12,115 bases of DNA from Fidelibacterota bacterium. Its GTDB lineage: Bacteria; Fidelibacterota; Marinisomatia; Marinisomatales; JABMOV01. Shown here piece by piece: positions 1-7,889 of this stretch; within the stretch, counting starts at the first letter, position 1, and the number at the start of each line of letters is the position of its first letter. Both the position numbers and the translations under genes were made by a program. The DNA lies in the NCBI GenBank assembly GCA_046861395.1, contig JBHHUC010000061.1, forward strand, positions 1 to 12,115. Direction: 5' to 3'. Under the pieces are notes generated by a model. It ran no database searches. It was given only the letters and a program-made list of their open reading frames with translations, and was not told where the DNA came from.

Positions 1-1075
1 GTTATTCATGATTCCAGCCTTTATTCTCATGGCGGCCGTGATCTTTATTCCGAAAGTCCTGATTCATAAAATCACATATTTGGCCTACATCATTATCCTG
101 ATCGGTATTACATTGCCATTTCTGGGATCGCAGACGGCAGGAACGTACCGCTGGATTCATATCGGATCATTTAATTTTCAACCTTCGGAATTTGCCAAAT
201 GGATTACCGTTCTGGCCCTGGCCCGCTACCTGTCAGATCATAAATTATTGGTAACCCGATTCTCAATCGTTATCATTCCCATTTTCATTATAACCATTCC
301 CATGGTGATTATTTTGAAACAGCCGGACCTGGGAACGGCCGTGGTGATGTTGACACCTCTATTTCCGATGTTGTACTGGGTTGGTGCTCGACCTTACCAC
401 CTTTTTCTTCTTCTGGCGCCGGTTATGAGTGTTCTGACAGCCTTCCATATTATTTCATTCGTGACATGGGTTGGATTAATGGCTGTCATTATTTACCTAT
501 CCCGGCCCGGATTGTTGCGGGGAATACTGGTTTTTTTCGGAAATATCTTCTTGGGATTACTGGCGCCCTTGATCTGGAATTCATTACATGCCTATCAACA
601 AAAACGGATTCTGACATTATTTAATCCTGAATTGGACCCCCTGGGGGCAGCCTATCAGATTATTCAGAGCCAAACGGCAATCGGATCGGGGGGATTGTTG
701 GGGAAAGGATGGGGACAGGGAACACAGACGCATTTAAAATTTCTACCGGTGCAGGAGTCGGATTTTATTCTATCCGTGATTGGTGAAGAATTCGGTTTTG
801 TGGCGATATTTATTGTTTTGATATTGTTCGGTGTTCTCATTGGACGTATGATCTATAAAGCATCCCGCTGTCCCGATCGGTTTACCAGTCTTGCCATCAT
901 TGGAATTGCTTCCATCTTTCTGGCCCATGTCTTCGTGAATACCGCGATGACCGTGGGCCTCATCCCGGTGAAAGGTCTGCCGTTACCATTCATATCCTAC
1001 GGCGGGTCATTTCTGGTTTCCTGTTATATCATGATCGGGTTGGTTATAAATATGGTGACCAGCCGTGATGATTAG
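1..1075 (+). CDS. rodA: Rod shape-determining protein RodA (SEDS peptidoglycan glycosyltransferase), 5'-truncated by the window
   Basis: Multi-pass membrane protein with SEDS motifs RWIHIGSFNFQPSEFAK, ILKQPDLGTA, AYQIIQSQTAIGSGGLLGKGWGQGTQ, FLPVQESDFILSVIGEEFG and GLIPVKGLPLPFISYGGS. The GTQ..LKFLP pattern fits RodA better than FtsW. The frame is open to the window edge (TTA TTC before ATG at 8), so the true start is probably upstream. Confidence 0.9.
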   Translation, partial: LFMIPAFILMAAVIFIPKVLIHKITYLAYIIILIGITLPFLGSQTAGTYRWIHIGSFNFQPSEFAKWITVLALARYLSDHKLLVTRFSIVIIPIFIITIPMVIILKQPDLGTAVVMLTPLFPMLYWVGARPYHLFLLLAPVMSVLTAFHIISFVTWVGLMAVIIYLSRPGLLRGILVFFGNIFLGLLAPLIWNSLHAYQQKRILTLFNPELDPLGAAYQIIQSQTAIGSGGLLGKGWGQGTQTHLKFLPVQESDFILSVIGEEFGFVAIFIVLILFGVLIGRMIYKASRCPDRFTSLAIIGIASIFLAHVFVNTAMTVGLIPVKGLPLPFISYGGSFLVSCYIMIGLVINMVTSRDD

Positions 1076-1084
1076 CCTTATGTA

Positions 1085-1136
1085 TTGAAGTTCCGTCGAT
1101 GACTGGGTAAATTTCGGCCGTTTAAAATGGTAGAAT
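1085..1136 (+). promoter_or_regulatory. Candidate sigma70-type promoter(s) for the downstream operon
   Basis: TTGAAG (1085-1090), a 17-nt spacer, then TAAATT (1108-1113). A second extended -10, TG-G-TAGAAT, lies at 1128-1136. Both fall in the 78-nt gap between the rodA stop and the likely ATG at 1154. Consensus match only. Confidence 0.45.
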
Positions 1137-1153
1137 TTGACCAAAAGGCGCCT

Positions 1154-1972
1154 ATGAAACACTTTCGATCGATCGTACACATCTTCCTTTTCCTGTTCCT
1201 GCTTTCCTCTATTTTTGCACAAAATGACGTTAACCGGGAGCTGAAACGTTTAAATGCCAAAATCAACCGTGAGAAAGTTCGGATTGATTCACTGGAAACG
1301 CAAATTCGTATTATTCTTCCCGAATTGAAGAATACCTTGGCTGCCACTGTTGCCGCCAAATCACAGACTGATTCTGTGGCAATCCTGTTAATCAATCGCA
1401 TTAATACGTTGCAGAATAAAATTCGAATGCTGGAAGATAAAGCCGCTTATACGGACAGTACGAATTTCGAAATCCTGGCGCAGTTGGTCATGATTGAAAA
1501 TAAGATTGTCACTCTGACTAACAGTTTTACGGAAATATATACGCTGAAATCTGAAACGTCTGATCTTTCGACAACAAAAAAAATCACCCCGGCCCAGTAT
1601 AAGAAGCAATACATCAACAGCCTCACGTATTATCAAAACGGTGCTTATGATGATGCCATCGCCGGGTTTACCGAACTGGTCCTGGTCGATCCAATGAATG
1701 AACTGGCTGATAATGCCCAGTACTGGCTGGCCGAATGTTATTATTCACAAAAAAATTATAAGCGTGCCATTATTGAATTTGAAAAAGTCTTCACCTTCCC
1801 CGGCACTGATAAAGATGATGATGCCCAATTGAAATTGGGCCTGGCATACCAAAGCATGGGTGATATTGACAAGGCGAGGGAAGAATACCAGCGATTACTG
1901 GATTATTTCCCCGGAAGTGAATATTTTGAAAAAGCTCGCGATACTCTAAAAAAATTAACAGTGGAAAATTAA
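1154..1972 (+). CDS. Periplasmic coiled-coil + TPR protein, CpoB/YbgF (Tol-Pal associated) family
   Basis: The start is likely ATG 1154 (AAAAGG at 1143-1148), giving signal peptide MKHFRSIVHIFLFLFLLSSIFA|Q. A heptad coiled-coil region follows. The C-terminal TPRs are YbgF-like: YQNGAYDDAIAGF, LADNAQYWLAECYYSQKNYKRAIIEFEKV and KDDDAQLKLGLAYQSMGDIDKAREEYQRLLDYFPGS. Confidence 0.8.
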   Translation: MKHFRSIVHIFLFLFLLSSIFAQNDVNRELKRLNAKINREKVRIDSLETQIRIILPELKNTLAATVAAKSQTDSVAILLINRINTLQNKIRMLEDKAAYTDSTNFEILAQLVMIENKIVTLTNSFTEIYTLKSETSDLSTTKKITPAQYKKQYINSLTYYQNGAYDDAIAGFTELVLVDPMNELADNAQYWLAECYYSQKNYKRAIIEFEKVFTFPGTDKDDDAQLKLGLAYQSMGDIDKAREEYQRLLDYFPGSEYFEKARDTLKKLTVEN

Positions 1973-1975
1973 TCT

Positions 1976-2803
1976 ATGTCAAGAAAGATATTTTATCTAA
2001 CAACTGAAATTACTCCCTTTGCCAACCCTACCATTATCGGTGATTATTCTGCCACAGTACCGCTATTATTACAAGAAAAAGGACACGATATCCGCACTAC
2101 GATTCCAAAATACGGTTATGTGAGTGAACGGAAATATATATTGCGTGAAGTAATCCGTCTGCGGAGTATTCCATTTGAATTTAACGGGGAAGAAGTAAGT
2201 ATTTCCGCCAAGAGCGCCTTCATTCCGAAAACGCGGGTTCAAGTGTATTTTATCGAAGATGTTGATCGTTTTAAACCATTGACGAACCTGGTTTACAAAT
2301 CCAAGAACGGTCGCGTCCTCAGTGATATTGACGAACGATTCGCCTTCTTCAGCAAGGCCACCATGGCCATTTTGCCCCATCTTTTCTGGGCACCGGAAAT
2401 TGTGATCTGTAACGGCTGGCAGACCTCCTTCGTCCCTGCGCTTTTTCAACAGTTATATCAGGGCGAAGAATTCTACAAGAATATCAAAACCGTTCTGACA
2501 ATTCATTCCATTGATGAGTATGCCGACTTTAAACGATCCTCATATGAAAAGAGTGGCCTGGAGATTCCGGATTGTTTTACCGGTGACACCATCAATGCCT
2601 ATGAAATGGCGGCCCGTTTTGCCGACCGGATCGTGATTTATAATTACCCCGGGGATAATAACGCCAAGAAGTTCGAAAAGCTGTCCTGTGCCAAGGAATT
2701 CGGGGACAAGATAGATGTTTTTGATGTTAAGGATTCTGATGCACCGGATTACCATGCCATTGCAGATCATATGGATGAGAATTTAGGGAACCTCATCGAC
2801 TGA
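1976..2803 (+). CDS. Truncated glycogen/starch synthase-like protein (GT5 N-terminal domain only; Bacteroidota-type short form)
   Basis: The N-terminus KIFYLTTEITPF...GHDIRTTIPKYG and later RFAFFSKA...PEIVICNGWQTSFVP...KTVLTIHS align with the GlgA N-terminal Rossmann domain. It is only 275 aa, with no C-terminal GT-B domain, and KTGG is replaced by NPTII. PKYGYVSERKYILREVIRL matches the short Bacteroidota family pattern (PKYG.INERRNQLHEVIRL). Confidence 0.8.
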   Translation: MSRKIFYLTTEITPFANPTIIGDYSATVPLLLQEKGHDIRTTIPKYGYVSERKYILREVIRLRSIPFEFNGEEVSISAKSAFIPKTRVQVYFIEDVDRFKPLTNLVYKSKNGRVLSDIDERFAFFSKATMAILPHLFWAPEIVICNGWQTSFVPALFQQLYQGEEFYKNIKTVLTIHSIDEYADFKRSSYEKSGLEIPDCFTGDTINAYEMAARFADRIVIYNYPGDNNAKKFEKLSCAKEFGDKIDVFDVKDSDAPDYHAIADHMDENLGNLID

Positions 2804-2839
2804 TTTGTAGTACGACCTCCCTAATTAACCCGGACTAAA

Positions 2840-4045
2840 ATGAAAAACATAAAACTGATTACGACTGCCGCCGGACTACTATGGCTAATGGGGTGCGAAT
2901 CCAGTTCCGTTATTACTGCCGACTTAACATCACCTTTGACGGCTTATTCAACCGAACTGCGAGATATTAGTGGCGAAACATATCAATCCCCGCCGGAAAT
3001 GGGAAGCTATTCCAAGCTGTACCTGGGTCGGGAAAATGATTTCTATAATTCCAGAATCCTATTAAAAATGAATCGCATATCGGGGGGATTGGTAACCATG
3101 GAATCGTTATTTGATTCCACGGTAAACATTGATAGTATATATATTGTTCTTCAATCACCCGATACTCTGGTTCCCACCGAAGCTCTTCTGGATTTATACT
3201 ACTTCCCGACGGAAGGGGACTCCATTTTCAATGAAAATGAAACCAATTATTTGAATGTGATCAGTCCGTCCGGAGCGCCGATTGCAAGTGCCGGCTTGTA
3301 CCAGGCGCCACCCGATTCCAATGAGCCTGTTCACCCTATTCTGAAATTATCCATTCCGCAGGATGTCCTGGAATCAATTGCGGATACCTCTGAAAGTAAC
3401 ACCACTAAAAATCGAACATTTTGTATCCAGCCCCAGGATTCGTTAGGGGAACTCCTGACTTTTTACAGCCGTGAGACCGGTGCCGACCCTCGTCTGGATG
3501 TTTACTATACTGTAGCTGTTAATGACAGCACGATCGATACTCTGGTTCAACACTACTATCCGACGCAGGATCTTTCCATTGTGGTTCCACCGGCCAGCCA
3601 ACCGTCTGAATTTTCGGCCCTTCGTGTGGGACGAGCGGCAGGGTTCAAATCGATATTGAAAATTGATTCCATCGTGCAGAAGATTCCGGAAACGGCCTTG
3701 ATCAAAAAAGCAACCCTGAATCTTTTTGTGAAGGATACGATCCAGTCGTTGTCCAAATTATTAATCTATCCTCTGGATCAGGATTATACTCCCATAGATT
3801 CAGTTGTGACGGAAGATAATTTCCAGATTCTGACGGAATACCAGATTTATGCCACTGCCGACAGCATCAGCCGGATATCCATCAATATTAAACGATTATT
3901 GCAGGACTATGTCTTGGACAATGTTGCCAATCATGGCCTGAAATTATTGAGTAATAATGTTTCGCCCTTTACGACACGGGAATACTTTATCCGACAGGGA
4001 ACAGAAACGGATCCCTACCTGGAGGTTGAATATGTCGCACCGTAA
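2840..4045 (+). CDS. Lipoprotein, DUF4270/BamH-like (putative surface-exposed, beta-rich)
   Basis: Signal peptidase II signal MKNIKLITTAAGLLWLMG|C (Cys19). Beta-rich segments include KLYLG, IDSIYIVL, LIKKATLNLFV, ISINIKRLLQDYV and C-terminal PYLEVEY, all reminiscent of DUF4270. It lies directly downstream of the short GT5 gene, as DUF4270 does in Bacteroidota. The CDS and lipoprotein call is strong; the family call is moderate. Confidence 0.65.
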   Translation: MKNIKLITTAAGLLWLMGCESSSVITADLTSPLTAYSTELRDISGETYQSPPEMGSYSKLYLGRENDFYNSRILLKMNRISGGLVTMESLFDSTVNIDSIYIVLQSPDTLVPTEALLDLYYFPTEGDSIFNENETNYLNVISPSGAPIASAGLYQAPPDSNEPVHPILKLSIPQDVLESIADTSESNTTKNRTFCIQPQDSLGELLTFYSRETGADPRLDVYYTVAVNDSTIDTLVQHYYPTQDLSIVVPPASQPSEFSALRVGRAAGFKSILKIDSIVQKIPETALIKKATLNLFVKDTIQSLSKLLIYPLDQDYTPIDSVVTEDNFQILTEYQIYATADSISRISINIKRLLQDYVLDNVANHGLKLLSNNVSPFTTREYFIRQGTETDPYLEVEYVAP

Positions 4046-5294
4046 CTGGATTATTCTTACGCTGGGTCTGGTGAGTACGACTTTTTCCCAGTCAGTCATG
4101 AATGGCTTTGGAATTGGTCAGATCAATTCCATGCTAAATGTATCTTCCCTGGCTAAAGGGTCCTTTGGACTGACTCCGGATTACTCATCGGCCGTGGCCT
4201 TGAATAACCCGGCGACCTGGCACCATTTGAAATATTCCTATATTCAGAATGAATATGCTGGTAGGCAGATAACGAGGGATGGGGGCGGAGTGAATCGATC
4301 CTCAGGATTGAATCGGACACAGGTCATCATTCCCATTAAACAGAAATATTCCATTGGTTTGAGTCTGGCACCATTTTCGAAACAACAACTTCTTCTTGCT
4401 GCGCCGGAAGATTCACTGGCCAATGCCATTACCTTTAATGGTGAGGGAGGAGCAAATATTTTTCGTATTTCCATCGGTGGTCATATCGATAGCAGTGATG
4501 CTTTTGGGTTCAGTCTGTCCTATCTTTTTGGATCATCGCGCCAGGAATATTCTGTTTTCATTGATGAAACCTTGTTTCGGCAAACCCACCGTCTGGCGTA
4601 TGATGGAATATTATTGGACGTATTTTTCTCTACCCGCCGCTTGGAATCGTGGGTCAGGGATTTATCCCTTTACGGTCAAATTCGCATCCCCATCACTGCT
4701 CTGGACGTCAAACAATATTCGTTTTTCCCCTTTGAAGATAATAATGCCTCAGGCTATCATGATCGGTCGAACATTACTTCCCAACAAGATTTTCCCGACC
4801 CCGGGGCGGTTCCTGGGCCGTCGCTGACGGTATTCAACAAGCAGTATAGTCCGACGGAAATTATTTTGGGCGCCATGCGGGGAGATAAATCGTCCTGGAT
4901 AAGTTCTATAGAAATAAAGTATCTGCAAAATAACAGTGCGTTTGATCCCACACTTTCTCCTTTTTACAATCAAATCAGTGGTCAGGTGGGGTTGAACTTG
5001 GCACTTTCGCATTTCGGACCGGATGTTGTGAAAGAGTGGTGGGACCGATTCCGTGTATCAACGGGATATTTTTACAATAATTATGCACTTGAGAATAGAT
5101 CACAGGCGATAATTGAAAATGGTATCGCACTGGGCTTTGGTTTTAAATTTGGCACTACGGAAAACACGTTAGGTTTTTCGTATCAATTGGTAAACACGAC
5201 TGGTTTGCCCGGTGGGATGACTGAATTCAGCAACCGGTTTGCGGTTGGAATCAGTCTGGGCGATATCTGGTTCATAAAAAGGAGACAATTATAA
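4032..5294 (+). CDS. Outer-membrane beta-barrel protein, FadL-like / BamG-like
   Basis: The true start is likely ATG 4032 (GGAGG at 4021-4025), giving 420 aa with signal peptide MSHRNWIILTLGLVSTTFS|Q. The N-terminal plug GFGIG...SLAKGSFG...LNNPATW carries the NPA motif of the FadL superfamily. Alternating amphipathic strands include YSIGLSLAPFS, FGFSLSYLFG and GIALGFGFKFG. The C-terminus is GISLGDIWFIKRRQL. Confidence 0.75.
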   Translation: MSHRNWIILTLGLVSTTFSQSVMNGFGIGQINSMLNVSSLAKGSFGLTPDYSSAVALNNPATWHHLKYSYIQNEYAGRQITRDGGGVNRSSGLNRTQVIIPIKQKYSIGLSLAPFSKQQLLLAAPEDSLANAITFNGEGGANIFRISIGGHIDSSDAFGFSLSYLFGSSRQEYSVFIDETLFRQTHRLAYDGILLDVFFSTRRLESWVRDLSLYGQIRIPITALDVKQYSFFPFEDNNASGYHDRSNITSQQDFPDPGAVPGPSLTVFNKQYSPTEIILGAMRGDKSSWISSIEIKYLQNNSAFDPTLSPFYNQISGQVGLNLALSHFGPDVVKEWWDRFRVSTGYFYNNYALENRSQAIIENGIALGFGFKFGTTENTLGFSYQLVNTTGLPGGMTEFSNRFAVGISLGDIWFIKRRQL

Positions 5295-6572
5295 ATGAAA
5301 AATCCAGTGTTAAAAGTACTCAGTTTGTTAATGCTGGCCGGTTTAATCTCGATGTGTGTTCCACCGGAAAGCGATCCTGATAGTATGAATGCGACAGAAA
5401 TGGCTAAACTGGACTCATTACGGGAATTACGTTGTCCGCGACTCATGAGTTCGGCGGCCGAATATTACCGCAATCAGGATTGGAAAGCGACCGTGAATAT
5501 TTATCGGCAGATACTTGACCTGGGTTGTGACCAATGGAATCCCACCTATGCCCCTCCCGGTGAAATTTATCTCTATTATGCCATTGCCTATGAATTTCTT
5601 GGCAGTTATGACAGCTCTGAATACATTATCTTAAAAGGATTGAAAGCATTACCTGATAACCAGGATTTATTAAAACGACTGGCCTATTCCTATAAACGTC
5701 AGGGGAAACTGGGTGACGAAATCATTGAACGTGAACGGCTGATGGATCTGAATCCGAATGATACGGAAAATCTCATGGAATTGGTTCGGGCCTATGGCGA
5801 TAATAATGATTGTGACCGGCAGATTGATATTTTGCGGAATGTACTAGAGGTGGAACCAAATAATGAAATTGCCAAGGGTGAACTGGTCGTGGCCTACGAA
5901 AACTGCGGTCGGGATATCCTGGAGCTCTATGCCGAGCGTTGTAATAGTAATCCCGACAATACATCATATTGCATTGATTATGCCGATAAACTCATGGAGG
6001 CGGATCGTCCGGAAGAGGCCGTGGATGTTATGAAGGCTGTTGTCATGACTGACAATACATCCAAGATTGCTTATCGGAAACTGGCCAAGGCTTATGAATT
6101 ATCAGGTGACCTGGAAAATGCCTCTAAAACATATGAAACATTATTTAAAATCGATCCCCGTGACATTTCGATTGCCTTGAAGGTATCAGAAGTGAATACC
6201 CTCATTGACAATTACGGAAAAGCCTTGCGCTGGGCGGATAAGGCCATTGCCATTAATCCCCATTCTGGTGATGCTCTGGCCCAGAAAGGACAGGTATTTT
6301 ACAAGTCTATGAATTATTGTCGCAGCGATGATATTTCCGATGATGACCGCATTGTTGCTTCGCTGGCTTTTAAATACCTGAGCCAGGCCGTGGAAAGCGG
6401 AAATCAGCGCCATCGTTCCTCCATGCAATGGCTGGAAGACAATGAAGTGTTATTTTCCAAAGCCAATTGGTTCATGCTGGATAATGACAAAAAACGTCAG
6501 GGCGCCATCAAACCGGAAAGTAAATGTTATGACTGGGTGACCGAAAGTCTGAAAAAAGATCCATCCTGGTAG
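5295..6572 (+). CDS. Exported TPR-repeat protein (probable lipoprotein), Cys-rich
   Basis: Signal [21 protein letters not shown] is a possible lipobox (Cys21). Multiple TPR-like helical pairs occur, e.g. [30 protein letters not shown] and [30 protein letters not shown]. The start codon abuts the barrel gene's stop (TAA ATG). Confidence 0.8.
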   Translation: MKNPVLKVLSLLMLAGLISMCVPPESDPDSMNATEMAKLDSLRELRCPRLMSSAAEYYRNQDWKATVNIYRQILDLGCDQWNPTYAPPGEIYLYYAIAYEFLGSYDSSEYIILKGLKALPDNQDLLKRLAYSYKRQGKLGDEIIERERLMDLNPNDTENLMELVRAYGDNNDCDRQIDILRNVLEVEPNNEIAKGELVVAYENCGRDILELYAERCNSNPDNTSYCIDYADKLMEADRPEEAVDVMKAVVMTDNTSKIAYRKLAKAYELSGDLENASKTYETLFKIDPRDISIALKVSEVNTLIDNYGKALRWADKAIAINPHSGDALAQKGQVFYKSMNYCRSDDISDDDRIVASLAFKYLSQAVESGNQRHRSSMQWLEDNEVLFSKANWFMLDNDKKRQGAIKPESKCYDWVTESLKKDPSW

Positions 6573-6580
6573 GCCGAACA

Positions 6581-7888
6581 TTGTATCTGGAAAACACTGA
6601 TCCTGAATTATACAACATCCTGGCGGGGGAAGTTTCCCGCGAAGATGAAACACTGGAATTGATTGCATCGGAAAACTTTGTCAGTCCCGCCGTCCTGGAA
6701 ATGGCCGGTGGTGTTATGACGAATAAATATGCCGAGGGTTATCCCGGCAAACGGTATTACGGTGGCTGTGAATTTGTAGACCAGGCTGAGAACCTGGCCC
6801 GGGACCGTGCCAAAGCGCTATTCCAGGCCGAATATGTCAATGTTCAGCCTCATTCCGGTTCTCAGGCCAATATGGCCGCACTGCTTACCTTTGCCAAAGT
6901 TGGTGATACGATCATGGGTCTGGATCTGGCCCATGGTGGCCATTTGACCCACGGTAGTCCTGTTAATTTTTCCGGTAAACTGTTCAATGTTGTTCCCTAC
7001 CATGTGAACCGGGAATCGGGCCGGGTGGATTTTGATGAAGTCTACCGGTTGGCTCGTGAACATAAACCGAAGGTGATTATTTGCGGGGGGAGTGCCTATC
7101 CCCGTTATATTGAATTTACCGAATTTCGGGCCGTTGCGGATGAAGTCGGCGCTTTTCTTATAGCTGACATTGCTCATCCTTCCGGGCTGGTTGCTGCTGG
7201 GCTGCATCCGTCGCCCATGCCTTATTGTGATGTGGTGACGACTACGACGCATAAAACATTGCGCGGTCCTCGCGGCGGAATGATCATGATGGGTCATGAT
7301 CGGAAAAATCCATGGGGCATTTCCGCCCCGAAGTCCGGTCGTATAAAACAATTATCCGAATTACTTGATTCTATGGTCATGCCTGGTATACAGGGTGGTC
7401 CACTCATGCATATTATTGCTGCCAAAGCAGTGGCCTTCGGTGAAGCACTGAAACCGGACTTCAAACAGTATGCTTCCCAGATCGTGGCTAATGCCCAGGC
7501 CATGGCACAGGCATTGCTTGATAAGGGTTACACTCTCGTTTCCGGTGGGACGGACACGCATCTTGTATTGGTCGACTTGACTAATAAGGGCATTACCGGA
7601 AAAGCAGCTGAAAATGCCCTGGAAAAGGCCGGTATTACCGTAAATAAAAATATGGTCCCATTCGACACAAGAAGTCCCTTTATTACCAGCGGAATACGTC
7701 TCGGTTCGCCGGCGGTTACCACGCGGGGGATGAAGGAGGATGAGATGAAAACCATTGTGGAATTGATTGATATTATCATTCAAAATAGCGATGATGAGGA
7801 CGTACAAGGGACCGTGCGTTTACGGGTGAAAGAATTATGTGCCGCTTTTCCTTTATACGCCTCTCTTCAGGAAACAATGCAGTCATAA
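6581..7888 (+). CDS. glyA: Serine hydroxymethyltransferase
   Basis: Motifs [48 protein letters not shown]-lysine motif [24 protein letters not shown] and [17 protein letters not shown] start. Confidence 0.98.
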   Translation: MYLENTDPELYNILAGEVSREDETLELIASENFVSPAVLEMAGGVMTNKYAEGYPGKRYYGGCEFVDQAENLARDRAKALFQAEYVNVQPHSGSQANMAALLTFAKVGDTIMGLDLAHGGHLTHGSPVNFSGKLFNVVPYHVNRESGRVDFDEVYRLAREHKPKVIICGGSAYPRYIEFTEFRAVADEVGAFLIADIAHPSGLVAAGLHPSPMPYCDVVTTTTHKTLRGPRGGMIMMGHDRKNPWGISAPKSGRIKQLSELLDSMVMPGIQGGPLMHIIAAKAVAFGEALKPDFKQYASQIVANAQAMAQALLDKGYTLVSGGTDTHLVLVDLTNKGITGKAAENALEKAGITVNKNMVPFDTRSPFITSGIRLGSPAVTTRGMKEDEMKTIVELIDIIIQNSDDEDVQGTVRLRVKELCAAFPLYASLQETMQS

Positions 7889-7889
7889 G

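Noticed and set aside
1127..1153. Longer ORF-track start for the CpoB-like gene (MVEFDQKAP...)
   Set aside because: ATG 1154 has a Shine-Dalgarno-like AAAAGG and gives a clean signal peptide. The upstream ATG overlaps a candidate -10 element.
1976..2803. Calling the GT5 ORF glgA or a pseudogene
   Set aside because: It lacks KTGG and the C-terminal domain, so it is not a canonical glgA. No frameshifted remainder follows and it matches a conserved short family, so it is not a pseudogene.
2804..2839. Anti-Shine-Dalgarno-like ACCTCC in the GT5-lipoprotein gap
   Set aside because: There is no nearby complementary GGAGG to sequester and no credible minus-strand gene it would serve.
3957..4031. 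25-aa N-terminal extension of the barrel ORF
   Set aside because: It lies within the lipoprotein gene. ATG 4032 has GGAGG and begins a proper signal peptide.
6818..7807. Antisense ORFs of 177 and 148 aa opposite glyA, plus the other short minus-strand and alternate-frame ORFs in the track
   Set aside because: They are fully nested in well-supported genes and show no recognisable motifs, which is typical of shadow ORFs.
7839..7889. ORF-track start of tatT inside glyA
   Set aside because: ATG 7890 directly after the glyA stop gives a normal-length lipoprotein signal.
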